Of a stretch of 64,000 nt of DNA, positions 12,387 to 24,828 are shown in pieces. How positions within the stretch are numbered: position 1 is the stretch's first letter; each line of letters begins with the position of its first letter. The notes below the pieces were generated by a model that was not told the origin of the DNA, made no database searches, and saw nothing but the letters and a program-made list of their open reading frames with translations. Origin of the DNA: Octopus vulgaris. Its lineage: Eukaryota. The translations under genes were made by a program, and so were the position numbers. The DNA is taken from the NCBI GenBank assembly GCA_951406725.2, contig OX597825.1:37138001-37202000 (forward strand), given 5' to 3'.

Positions 12387-14706
12387 CGTGCGAATAAACA
12401 CACATACTGGCTCCAATACCCAGTTTTTCACTGGTTTGTTAATACATAATATAAACGCATTTACAAGAATACATTACAGTGGACCATCTTTACTTTGTCA
12501 TGGAATGCTGGTTTATCCAGAACCTGCTTCCAACAAATCAGATGATGGAACAAGTTGAGATTCATAAACATGTATTAAATAAACATAATATATAAATACT
12601 AAGAGAACATTTTCTTCGTCTATTTTTTGTTTGTTTCTGTAAAAACATTAAAAAAAATAATTTGCGAAATACTGTTGACTTATGAAGTCCTGGGGTTATA
12701 TAATAGCAATCATAACGTTTCTGTCAGAAGCTAAAAGGTACCAAGGAACGTATAATTGACCATGAGAAAGAACAATGTGGATATAAACTGATTTTAGCAA
12801 CTCCGAGACTTTGTGATTGCGCTTGTTTTGTTCATTGTAAATGAAAGGGAAACCAGACTCTGAAGTCGTTTAAAATTGAAGGACATATTTGTCGAGATCG
12901 AAAGAAAATTTGTAATGAAAATGTTTTCTTCTTTGGCAAAACATGTCAAAAGTTTTCCTTCTGTAACGTGTCAAAGCATACTTTAACATCTTTGTCAGGT
13001 GTTCTTATTTTGTCGACATGATTAAGTTTTTGACTTGCCTTCATTAAGGTAAAGCATTAAGCTGATCTATATGTGTGGGGTGATATCCTTCAACATGCCT
13101 CCGATATTGGATGTCATCTGAAGAGGATTTGACACTTATTTCTCACTTGGTCGATGTACCACATATATAACCCCCACCATCAATTTAGTGAAAATGTGAC
13201 ATTGTCTAATAGTACAAAGATTGTAATAAAAAAAAAAAAATTTATGGATGTTAAGGGATGAGTCATTGACTGAGCAGCTGCAGAATCACTGAAGTTATCA
13301 TTGTTATTCTGGTTGCTGTATGGCATCATTTTAGCACAGAAAAAATTTAGCAAATTCACCTGTGAGACATAGTTGAATATTTCTTGTGAGCTGCTGCACG
13401 GGTATTTAGTGGATTTAACAACTTGCACTTCTATAAAATAAACTACATTTTCTCGATGAACGGCTCAATGTATCACGCTTGGGTGGGGCTCATTGATACA
13501 CAATTTCAGATTTCTTTACGTTCCTTCATTAGTATTAATGCATCTTCCTGTAATCCGAATCACAGAGAATGCTTTGAATCACGAACGTTAAAACGGATTG
13601 ATCATTTCTTTTGTTAACATAAATGCAAATCTTTTGTTCATGTGTTTGAAATCGCACAAATAGATTTAACAGAATTGTAAAATTCAGTATTCATGTGTGC
13701 TTTAAAATTCCTCGAAACCTGGTGAATATGAAAGTATCCATTGATTGTCTATTTCAATAGTGGAATTTCGTTGTTTGATTGTGGCTGCAAATCTTCCGTT
13801 GTTTGGTTTCCTTTTTTTTATCAGTGGATATTCATCGTGATCGGTTTGCTTCTTGGCTAGGAAATGTTTCTTTTCATGCATTGGGATTATTTGTTTAGGT
13901 GTCCACGTCAGCAACGAATACACTATTTCTTCATAGTGTTATGGAAGACAGTAACAGAGTCTTTAACTGCAATTTCATTAGAAAGGGTATCGTACCAATC
14001 TTTTATTCTATTCAAAGCATGAATTAAGTCACCTTTTAGAGTATAGGAAACTGAAATTTTCCAAAGAGAGACCTTTCAAAAATTGTCCTTTAAAGTTAAT
14101 CATATTTTGACAGAAAACACCTGTGATACTACCAAACCAATTTGGGGCTTCTGCTTCTCCTGATCTTGGATTGAATGCTTTAATGATGAACATCTCAAGA
14201 CAATGAAACTGTCATCTAAGCAATAGTGACTTGAAAGTATTCACACTGCTTTATGGAAAAGGAAGGCCACATGGCAGCTCTAAGATCAGTATAATTTTCA
14301 GTTCCCAACTGTTTCAGCCTGATGAAGGTAAGATTTCTGATTCGAATCAATTTACCGAAACAAATTTTCCATCCAATCCTTGGACACTAAAGTTCTATCC
14401 TACTCCGCCTTTCCAAAATAGTAAAAAAAATATTACAGTAAATAATAGGAACGTTGTGCTTTTGAAAATCTGATGAGAGATTGGTTACCTTTTTTTTTGA
14501 CAATTGCATCTCTTCTTTGGAATTCCTACCTAACAATTAAAATGGCAATCTCATTGCAAATAGCAGTTTTAAAATGACGCACATATTCATTAGAAGACAC
14601 CTTATCTGTAGGGATGATTCCATGTCAGTTATATTCATTTTTTTCTGAGCAGTTGTGATGCTTCTTACGTAGAACCTGAGTAGATGCTTCATTCCCTGAA
14701 TATCTA

Positions 14707-15255
14707 CGAGGGTGAGTCAAAAGGTAATGCCGTTTTGTTTAGGACAGGTATAATTACAAACACAGGAACATGCATCATGCATCAAAATGAAGCTGGTCCA
14801 CTGTGGATCACATCCCTACTTCTCAATTTAGTCACCGTTTCTCCCAATAGCAATGTTCCACCGTCGTATGAGAGCATGTATCCCTGACCCGTAAAATTCT
14901 GTTGACTGTTCTTTGAGCCACTTCTTCACTACAGTTTTCACTTCCTCGTCACTGGAATAATGTTTGCCTCTCAAACCCTCTTTCATGAGGCCGAAGAGAT
15001 GATAGTCCAGTAACGAGGAAGTGAAAAATGTAATGAAGAAGTGGCTCAGAGAACAGTCAACAGAATTTTACGAGGCTGGTATACATGCTCTCATTCGAAG
15101 GTGGAACATTGCTATTGAAAGAAACGGTGACTATGCTGAGGAGTAGGGATGTGATCCACAGAGGACTAGCTTCATTTTGATGTATGATACATGTTCCTGT
15201 GTAGGTAATTATACATGTCCTAAAAAAAATGGCATTACTTTTTGACTAACCCTCG
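14707..15255. mobile_element. Mariner-derived fold-back MITE made of two 3' ends joined head to head
   Basis: TA-CGAGGGTGAGTCAAAAG...CTTTTTGACTAACCCTCG-TA; arms 14707-14955 and 15007-15255 encode the transposase C-terminus SNEEVKNVMKKWLREQSTEFYEAGIHALIRRWNIAIERNGDY. Confidence 0.9.
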
Positions 15256-15586
15256 TAAGACAACTTTCTCTGAAATCTCTGGAACATCACAATCAACATT
15301 ACCTTCTCTGTTCTTGTTCATTACCTGTGATGTATATCAAAAGGTATTACCAACCAATATTTGGGAAGGAAAGAAGAGAACCTGTTTGATAGATATACTC
15401 ATTTACTTTGATTAAAGGCATTTATCTTCTTTCCTTAGTTTCAATAACTCCACGATGAGTCTTCTGAAAATAAGAAATATTATTTTCTTGTTTTAAAAGT
15501 AATTAATTTGATTCTGGTGTATTTTCTTTCAACATGGATACAGAGACACTCATATTAGGTTGTAATATTACATCCCCACCTAATAA

Positions 15587-15808
15587 GGCGGCGAGCTGGC
15601 AGAATTATTCGCACGCCGGGCAAAATGGCTAGCGACATTTCGTCCATCTTTACATTATGTCTTCAAATTCTGTCATGGTCGACTTTTCCTTTCATTCTTT
15701 CGGGGTCAATAAAACAAAGTACCAGTTGAGCACTGGGATCGATGTAATCGACTTACCCACGTCGTCCCCGAAATTGCTGGCCTTGAGCCAAAATTTGAAA
15801 CCAATATT
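15587..15808 (+). mobile_element. tRNA-derived SINE, family A, near full length
   Basis: ggcggcgagctggcagaat head, B-box-like ttcaaattc, gtcgacttttcctttcattctttcggggtcaataaaa core, gccaaaatttgaaacc tail. Confidence 0.85.
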
Positions 15809-16820
15809 GCGACCTCATTTGAACAGTGCACACTTAAAATCTCCTCACTCCACAAGACGCACCTGTTAAAGACATTTCATTACGACAACTCGTGTCTTAA
15901 TTGATGCAATGTTCTTAGCTGTTGAACTCATCCTGACAAGGACACCGTTATGCTGGTCATTACAAGTAAGAATCCCTTCAAAATAGTGGACCTACAAAAG
16001 TCATGGACACTGTTCTTCTTTCCGGATTAACTTTGTAAAAATATTCTAATGACTACACTTAGTAGTATACAGCACAGGCAAAAATTATTCATTGAGCAAA
16101 AGGGCTGTAAAAACACCGGCCGCGAAATTGTAGACGATCAAGCTATAGCTTTTGGTAAATAGTACGTACCTCTCTCCATTTTAAAATTCCATTGGTGGTT
16201 AAGTGTCTCCTTTATGGACTCAATACAACCCCACTGAGAAAACGCGAACCGCAACGAAAATTATAAATCGATCGGCGTTCTGTCATATCTGATTGAGCTC
16301 AGCGGACCACGATACACAAAACTAAATACCATAAATCCATTTAGATTAAGTTGCCCGTAACAAACTCATTACTCTACAAATCATTATAGGAACTCTCCTA
16401 GATTCCTGTTCCATGATTACATTTTATAAATCTGTTTGCTCATTATAGCTTTAGTTAGGTCTACTTGTTAGTTCATGTTGTTTCTTTGTGTTTGTCTTAA
16501 ACTATTTCCACTGATTGCGGATTGAGATTTCTGACTGTAAATCAACATAGACATAAATTAGAAGATTAGCAGATTAGAAGATTAGAAGATTTGAAGATTA
16601 AGAGATTATTTGGTAACAATTAGCATGAAGGGATTGTTATAAAGCATGGATGTTCAGTTGAAGATGCAAATCTCTCATTTGGAGTTTGTAGTTTGAAATG
16701 CATTATTATGTGTACTTAAATCTTCTCATCACACAAAAACATAAAGCATAAAGCAAACACACACACAGATACAACACAATGCATTACATTCATATTACAT
16801 ATACCCTCATACGTATACGT

Positions 16821-16860
<40 letters not shown>

Positions 16861-17340
16861 CGTGGATGTGTATGTGTATATATATATATGCTTATATATA
16901 TATATATACAAACACATATATGTATATATATGTATGTGTATATATATATATGTCTATATAAATATATATATATACTTATACACACCCACATATACGCATA
17001 TACATACATTTATATATATATGTGTGTGTGTAAAATAATACTGGAATACTGCATAGCAAACCCATACATGCACGCATTCATATTCTCCAGTACACATCAG
17101 GATATCCAGGATATCTGAACATTCGCACAGAAAAAAACAATTAGATTATAATGATTTCGTCAAACTATTCGTCCATTATTTTTTCTCAGATTCTGTCTCT
17201 AAATTTTGCATGCGGCAGGAAATGTGTGGGTGAATAATTTGGGCAAAGTGGGGACGTTGGCAGTGGTGTAGTTATTAGTGATAACATCGGTAGCAGTGGT
17301 AAAATTTGTAGACGTGGAGATTGTACGTATGTACTTAAGC

Positions 17341-17373
<33 letters not shown>

Positions 17374-17679
17374 TGTATGTATGTATGTATGTATGTATGT
17401 ATGTACGTTGTATATGTATATATGTTTGTGTGCGTGTGTGTGTGTGTAATTGCATGCAAGTATGTAGTTGTGATTTGTGAGTGTAGATGCATGGTCAGTC
17501 TATATGTGTGATGAGTGTGAGAGGAACTTCAATATTTTTTGTATGTTAGTTTAACTTTCCGGTAGAAAATAGCGTAACAACACTTCTCTATCCATTACCT
17601 ACACTCTTACTCTTTCTGTGTTCATCTATTTCACTGTTCATATAATCATTTCGATATTTCCTCTCTAGTCAATGATTAA

Positions 17680-17791
<112 letters not shown>

Positions 17792-18186
17792 TCGTTTGAA
17801 AGTTGTTCACATCACTGCTTATGAAGCAAATATGAATAGTTTGGCAAACATCTAGGCAAATGTCCTAACTAGCCATTCATGTAAACAGTCATATGTAGTT
17901 TTACAGTTGTTATTGTTGGTGGTGGAGATAGAGAGGTTCTGGTGGTGGAAGAGAATGTGTTTGTGAATGCACTTGTCACAAAGGTAAGAGCTGCAGAGTA
18001 GGCGCTTGTAGTAGTGTTGGTGGAAGTTGAAGTATGAAACGGTGTCCATGATAGTAGCAGTGATTCTACTTTTCGTAGGGAAAGAGAGAGAGAGAGAAGA
18101 GAGGTGTGTTTGTGTGTGTTTGCATTTGTACGTGCTTATCTGTATGGCTGTATGTGTATATGTATATATATATATATATATACATA

Positions 18187-18465
18187 CTTTATTCAAAGCA
18201 GCAGAAAATTCAACAAAACCTGTTATTTCCAAAGGGCCAATCAAACAAGTCCATTTTTTAAAAGGTGCAGCGTTTACAATAGTCTGGATAGAATCCACAT
18301 ATCGGTTCCATTCTAGCAAAAACTGTCCGACGAACGGCAACAGGAAACTCAGAGTAACAGGTTTTGTTGAATTTTCTGCTGCTTTGAATAAAGCATATTA
18401 CTCTACCACTGGTATTTGAGTACTCTTTTTTCCACCTTGTTTCACATTTATGTGTTTACTCCGGT
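18187..18465 (+). mobile_element. PLE 3' tail in (TA)n with a 39-bp inverted 5' segment and an HHR-like motif
   Basis: 18187-18225 is the exact reverse complement of 18355-18393; aactgt-CCGACGA-acggcaacag-GAAAC-tcaga-GTA-acaggtt; AATAAA; TA tracts on both sides. Confidence 0.7.
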
Positions 18466-18466
18466 A

Positions 18467-18502
<36 letters not shown>

Positions 18503-18606
18503 CTCACATGTATATATATATATGCCTGTCTATTTGTCTATCTGTCTATCTATGAATGTATGTATGTATCTATCTATCTATCTCTTTCACTCTGTGTCTC
18601 TGTGTC

Positions 18607-18687
<81 letters not shown>

Positions 18688-19267
18688 ATATATATACATA
18701 CACACACATATATACACACACATATGTATACACATACACGCACACAAACGCACTGTCAAAAACCTAAAGCTCAATTGGCATGAACTTTTTCTAGTTTTCA
18801 AGGATTTAAACCACCAGAATCTCCTTTAAACGGAATTCCAGTCTGTCGCAAGAGGAACCATCTAAATCTGCTAGAAATTGAACACCTGACTAATTGATCA
18901 TGATCCAAACACATTATCTCTTCGGTTACGAGTCTTCACACATATATCATATATTGATTATTCAATCTTCAATCCGTTCCAATTCTTCAAGTGGTGTTCC
19001 TTGATTCATAAGTGACATAGGATTCATTACTTTATAGAAGCAGGTATTTTGCTGAAGAATATGGTAGAGTGCTAAAGCCTAGTTTGTAATAGTCTGCAAA
19101 AATTATATTACCATAGTGTCATTTATTTGAAGGCTACCACCGTGTGACTTGTGATCTTCGGTGATACCACCGAATTGTCAGCCGCTAATCAGTAAATATA
19201 CCCATACTTATATTCCTGCAAACATGGATATTATTTGTAGACGTCAGACAACACCTTAACTAGATAC

Positions 19268-20838
19268 TAAGGTAACGCGAAAATGGCATTTTTTACACAG
19301 ATTTTCAATATATGTTTTTAAGAATATATTGTTTATTGCAAAGGTCTTAAAAAAACAACTGTGTTAAAACCTGAAGTTCTTAAATTTACATCTATAGGCT
19401 TCGCAATCCACTTGAAAATTTGAATAATGAGCGAAAAATCAATTTATAATACGTTTGCTGCTCCTCATTTTGCTTCTTACCTTCATCGTTACGATTTAAT
19501 ATTCTTTTGTAAAATACATTAGAAACAGGAATTTTAAAATCTCCAAGCTCTAAACTTTATATCTTTTGACTCCGCAACGCACTTGAAATTTCGAAATTAT
19601 GTGAAATAAGTAGACTTTTCGACTTCGTTTTCTTTATTATCTTTAATACTCGGTCACCGAATGTATATGTGTTGTATGAATTCTAAATTACACACATATC
19701 AAAATATAATAAACAAATTGTCAAGATTGTGACAGAAAAGATAATCCTTCTTTGGCAAAAGACATCCGTCCCTTGTGTTACGATTGAGTTAGTTAATCCG
19801 AAAATCTTAATCTTTCCTTTGCTGACGTAGAAGGGCGACTGTGATCTGTCCGATTCTTCGTAATCAACGTTTGAACTTTCTGTTTAGATACTACTTGATC
19901 TATTCCGCCAATGATCATTTTTAGATTTGGCCTTTGATCCTGTAAAAAATCTTTTTGTGGTACTTTTCTGTCTCTATTACAACTGCAGTTTTTAAAGGAG
20001 TTGCATTTGCAACAATAAATCATATATTGCACTGTTTTTAAGCACATTACACTTTGTTTGAAACGATGGCACATTTTTTCTAATTTTCACATATTTTGGT
20101 AATGCTTGGTACTTTAGATACAAGTTTAAGATTTTCGGTTTAACTAACTTAATCGTAACATAAGGGATGGATGCCTTTTAGCAAAGAAGAATTATCTTTT
20201 CTGCTACTATCTTGACAATTTGTTTAATTGAAGGATCTTTCTTAACTGCATTCTTTTCTTTTTTCTCGTTCACATAAAACACATTATAATACGTCCTTGT
20301 AAGTTGGCAAAACTCGCTCGCTAAGGTCCCAAGGGGTGCCAAATATTGGGCATTCAATATCATGACGCGTTATTGGTTTATGAGTCATGACGTAAATGTA
20401 AACAACAATAAATTTCACACGATTATTAATTTTAATACAAAGTCAAGGTACAAAGCAGAAAACTTCACACACACACAACGTACGTCGACACACAACGAAC
20501 GTTGCAGTGGCACTGGAGAGATGTTCACATTCCCCTTCTCTTTATAGTTAATGCCGAAACACAAGGTATTAGTCAATTGTATTGAAACTTATTTGAAACA
20601 TTTAGGGATATTATATTTACTGTTCCACATTCTGCTATGTAGAAATATGTATTTGGTACGACTTACAATCTCCAAAACTAACGATTAACGATTAAAAAGA
20701 ATTTTGATTGCGTTGCGGAACCTGAAAAAAATATCTAACCACAAAGTTCTTTATACATCTTTTTTTAACCCGAATTCACAACGAAATATCGATTTTGATA
20801 GTGTTTTAACTATTTGGAGGAGTAACTACTTTACTCTA
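19268..20838 (-). mobile_element. Non-autonomous hAT (hATm-like) derivative carrying the transposase N-terminus
   Basis: Minus-strand peptides QIVKIVAEKIILL..KASIP and CKCNSFKNCSCNRDRKVPQKDFLQDQRPNLKMIIGGID; left end taaggtaacgcgaa is homologous to the TAGGGTGG end of the copy at 43083; family assignment from memory and right end uncertain. Confidence 0.6.
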
Positions 20839-21029
20839 TACGAGATTGAGGCGTCGCTCACTTCTTTGGCCTCGCTTTATCCGTTGTTTGGTCACTAGAG
20901 TTTGCAAGACGGCAATTAGCAAAGAAACATGCAATAATTTGAAGAAAATTTTAACTTTTTCATTGTGGGTAAAGTATTAAAAAACAAATAAAACCCCAAA
21001 AATCAAAAACAAAATACAAAACTAAGAAA

Positions 21030-21930
21030 AATGAACAGCTTTTTGAGATGAAACCAGGATGTTACAGGAAAGCGGAGAGCTGGGAACTATTATGAGTAAA
21101 TATGTAGTAAAAGCTAAACTAAACAACATGTTCAACCAAAATGCCAAAGGAGTTTACAAAGAAAATGGCATTAAAATACCCAAGACAAGAACGAACACAA
21201 ACGAGACAAATTTAGAAAAAGATGAATAATAAAATTCAAACTAAGAAAAAAACAAAGTGATGCATTCAAACGGTTCAACCTTAAAATAACCATCCACAAC
21301 AAACTGCCTGAAGCAAATTTCCTAGCGAGAATACTAAAGCTAAACACAGGAAAAATATTCGTGCAGAAATCGAATGAAGTACAGTTTTATATAAACAAGA
21401 ATTCCAACAACGTTCATTCAGTAACAAAGACGTTAGCAAAATACACTGGAGAAAATCAACAATGTTCTTCTAGGCTGAGAAGAGATGTAGAAATGAATGG
21501 CTGCAAAGACAAATGAGAATATGTCTAGTTTCACAAACGAACTATTAGCGAAAAACAGCGGAATAAACATATCCTAGTTCAATCCGACATCCGCCTTAAA
21601 CAATGACAGCCTACCCTCTACTACTTACTATCAAGCACTTCTTAGTCAACCACTGGTTCTCCAAATTATTCAAAAGAAACGGACAAAAGTTAGCTAAAAC
21701 TTTCAAACCCATCATCCACACCATAAACAATACTTAGTGTAAAACACATGTAACTGCAACGGATCTTTTTACCAGAGAGCAAAAAAATAAATAAATAAAT
21801 AAATAAACTAAAATAAAAATAAAAATAAGCATGTTCATCAAACTACATTCTTGACTTAAGAGAGAATGTTATATAAAAACATAAAACGAATAATAACAGA
21901 CAATGGCAAACCTTAGATAAATGTTTCCGG
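21030..21930 (+). pseudogene. Heavily degraded PLE RT/linker remnant
   Basis: FKRFNLKITIHNKLPEANFL...LNTGK...FYINKNSN, and a WFNP-like (ta-gttcaatccg)...KHF...FSKLFKRN...CNC series, as in the 51.9 kb element. Confidence 0.55.
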
Positions 21931-21963
21931 AATATGGTTGCTGTGTACCGCAGAAATATGTAT

Positions 21964-22390
21964 GGATCTTTTCGGTTTGAACGACAGTTTTTAACATAAT
22001 TTCTAGGTAACTAAAAAAATTTAAACTTCGTATACTGGTAGAATGTGTTTATAGAACATCTTTTCTCTTGGCTTTATTGAGAAAATTCTATAGTTTATAA
22101 GATATTTGTTGTTTTTTTTCTTCAATTTCTGCAATTTCAACCAATCAAATACGTCTATTGAGGTAAAAAACATTCTGTGCCGTATGAATATGTCCCTCGT
22201 TTAAGAAAAAGATTGGGTTTATTTACATTTGTGAAGAAAAAAAGATACCCTTCCCCCACCCCTAACCCTAGCCCTAACCCTAACCCTAAAACAGATTGAA
22301 ATGCAATAGATCGATACTAGGGTCATAATTATGGGTGACAATTTCATATGACACCGCTAGATAAAACTGCCATTCAAACCGAAAAGATCT
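21964..22390. mobile_element. MITE with about 28-bp TIRs and an internal (CCCTAA)n tract
   Basis: GGATCTTTTCGGTTTGAACGACAGTTTT ... AAAACTGCCATTCAAACCGAAAAGATCT; AT on both sides; ccctaaccctagccctaaccctaaccctaa at 22260-22289. Confidence 0.85.
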
Positions 22391-22544
22391 ATATATATTA
22401 TAATTACACTATAAATAGGATTGCTTCCAATGTTTACTTTGCAAATATTGGAATAAATTCATTAACAAAATCTCGTTCAAATTGCAAACGGGAGAACATT
22501 CGATGATGTACTAGCAGCAGAAATAGTGGTTAAGCTACAACAAT

Positions 22545-22735
22545 GACTTCAAATTTTGGTACAAGGCCAACAATTTTGAAGGAGAGTGTAAGTCAATTAC
22601 ATCGACCTCACTGCTCAACTGGTAGTTATTTTATCGACTTCGAAGAGATGAAAGGTAAAGTCGAGTTCGGTAGAATTAGAACTCAGAATCTGGAGACGAA
22701 CGAAAAAGCGCTAAGCATTATGCAAACGCCAACGC
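22545..22735 (-). mobile_element. SINE family A
   Basis: Reverse complement is homologous to 15587-15808. Confidence 0.8.
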
Positions 22736-23514
22736 AAAGAAAAGAACAGAACAAATTAATCTTCGGGAAAATTAAATTGGAGACATAAATATCGGTAAGC
22801 TATTATTACAAATTATGTAAAAAATTATTTTCAGTCAATTCAGATATGAGATAATTTACGAAATTCACAGAACGACCACAATAGCAATACAAGATATAAA
22901 TGGTGTAATTAAGAAACAAATACAGGATACTAGTGAACTACTCAAGGGATAAACACATAAACAAACAATACAAGATGTATCTTAGAAAAACAGGATGTGA
23001 TTATGCAACAGGAAAACAAAGAAAGAAAGACAACTAATTTGGTTAATGAAAAAAGATCAGCAGAGATTAGTAATTTCAGAAAAAATATCTTCATCATTGC
23101 AGGTCATGAAACAAAAATTACAGAGTAAAACAACAAGATAGATGAATAATGAAACAATAAATAATAAATAAACAGATACATTGAAAATAAAAAGTAAAAA
23201 AAACACAAAAATTGTCAAATGAAACAACATAGTGGAAATATATTTGAAATCAGCCATTAAAAACGATAACAATAGACATAATAGTAATTCTGCTCAAATA
23301 CATATATAAAGCGAGTCCAATAACGAAAAAAGACAGTTCTCGTCTGAACGCATCGAGTTGTGTGTCTTGAGTTAAAAGAAAATAATTTTATTTAAAAGTA
23401 GACTGTAGGTCCTACATCATGCACTGTATAGATTTTTCTTCTTTCGTCGACAAACTGTAACATTGGAATGTACACACACACACACACACATACACACAAA
23501 CACACACACACACA

Positions 23515-23564
<50 letters not shown>

Positions 23565-23696
23565 TATATAAAATCCACAACGTTCCGTCTCAATAAACCA
23601 TTATTGTCCCTAAAAATTGTTTTTCTTTTAATATTTACCACGGATTGCTTGAAGTTAACTTTCTTCCTACACCTCGATCCCCGGATCCTGAACGGG

Positions 23697-23911
23697 TGGT
23701 TTCGAAGCTCGTTCTGTAACCAGGTGGTTTCGGGTTCAGCACTACTGCGCGGCTCCTTGAGCAAGTATCTTCTAGTATAGCCCTAGGCCGACCAATATCA
23801 TATGAGTGAATTTAGTAGACGCAAAATCTGTGGAAACCTGTCTTATGTATGTATGTATGTATGTATGTATGTATGTATGTATGTATGTATGTATGTATGT
23901 ATGTATGTATG

Positions 23912-23971
<60 letters not shown>

Positions 23972-24111
23972 ATACACATATAACACATATACGAAGAGTA
24001 TATATGTGTGTGTGTGTGTATGTATATATGCATGTATGTATGTCATCGTGCTTGTGTTTGTAGCCCTTCAGTGCTTAACAACAGGTGCTGATTTCTTTAC
24101 GTCCCCGTCAA

Positions 24112-24164
<53 letters not shown>

Positions 24165-24245
24165 TAGTGTTTTCTGTAAATGAGGACTATCGAAGTACCA
24201 GACTTAGCAAAAAAGTACTGGGGTAAATTGGTCCGACTATACACA
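23697..24245 (+). mobile_element. SINE family B with an expanded central microsatellite
   Basis: ggttcagcactactgcgcggctccttgagcaagtatcttctagtatagcc head; ttaacaacaggtgctgatttctttacgtccccgtcaattag 3' half. Confidence 0.7.
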
Positions 24246-24602
24246 TGCTGACTTATGTGTATAACGCCGAAACCATCGACGGACCAGGGATATCACGACT
24301 GACTGAAGTTTCAGGCAGATGATGTTGGCCATGGGCATGCACTGAACAAATCCATTGGAAACTGCGAAGTATTCCGTCGGGTAGCTTGTCCCTATAATCC
24401 AGATATTCGACTTTGTTACTCATTCAGCCACCTTGATTCAGTCTGAAAATTACGTTAAGGGGACTCTTGTCTATGGGATAACCTGTTACTAAACGAGTAA
24501 GCAAAGCTGTTGATCAAACAATAGGGATCGTCATCGCTGAAACCGACGTAGGACCATGTCTGTAGAAAGTTCACATATATATGCATGTTTATGTATGGAC
24601 CC

Positions 24603-24710
<108 letters not shown>

Positions 24711-24797
24711 GTCCGTCTGTCTGTCTGGCTGTCTGTCTGTATTTATGTCTGTCTGTCTGTGTGTCTGTGTGTCTGTCTATCTATCTATCAATCTATC

Positions 24798-24828
<31 letters not shown>

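Larger units (their letters stand above)
12407..16320 (-). mobile_element. Degraded autonomous Helitron (Rep/Pif1-helicase) interrupted by a mariner MITE and a SINE
   Basis: Minus-strand motifs NEIAILIV..EF, IDNQWILSYSP..FKAHMNTEFYNSVKSI...IYVNK, EPHPSVIH*AVHREN and FSHGQLYV (about 12750); 3' hairpin ccagtttttcactgg (12420-12434) next to a CTAG-like end at 12407. Confidence 0.85.

Noticed and set aside
22260-22289. Telomere or chromosome-fusion site
   Set aside because: Only about five units, and they lie inside a TIR element
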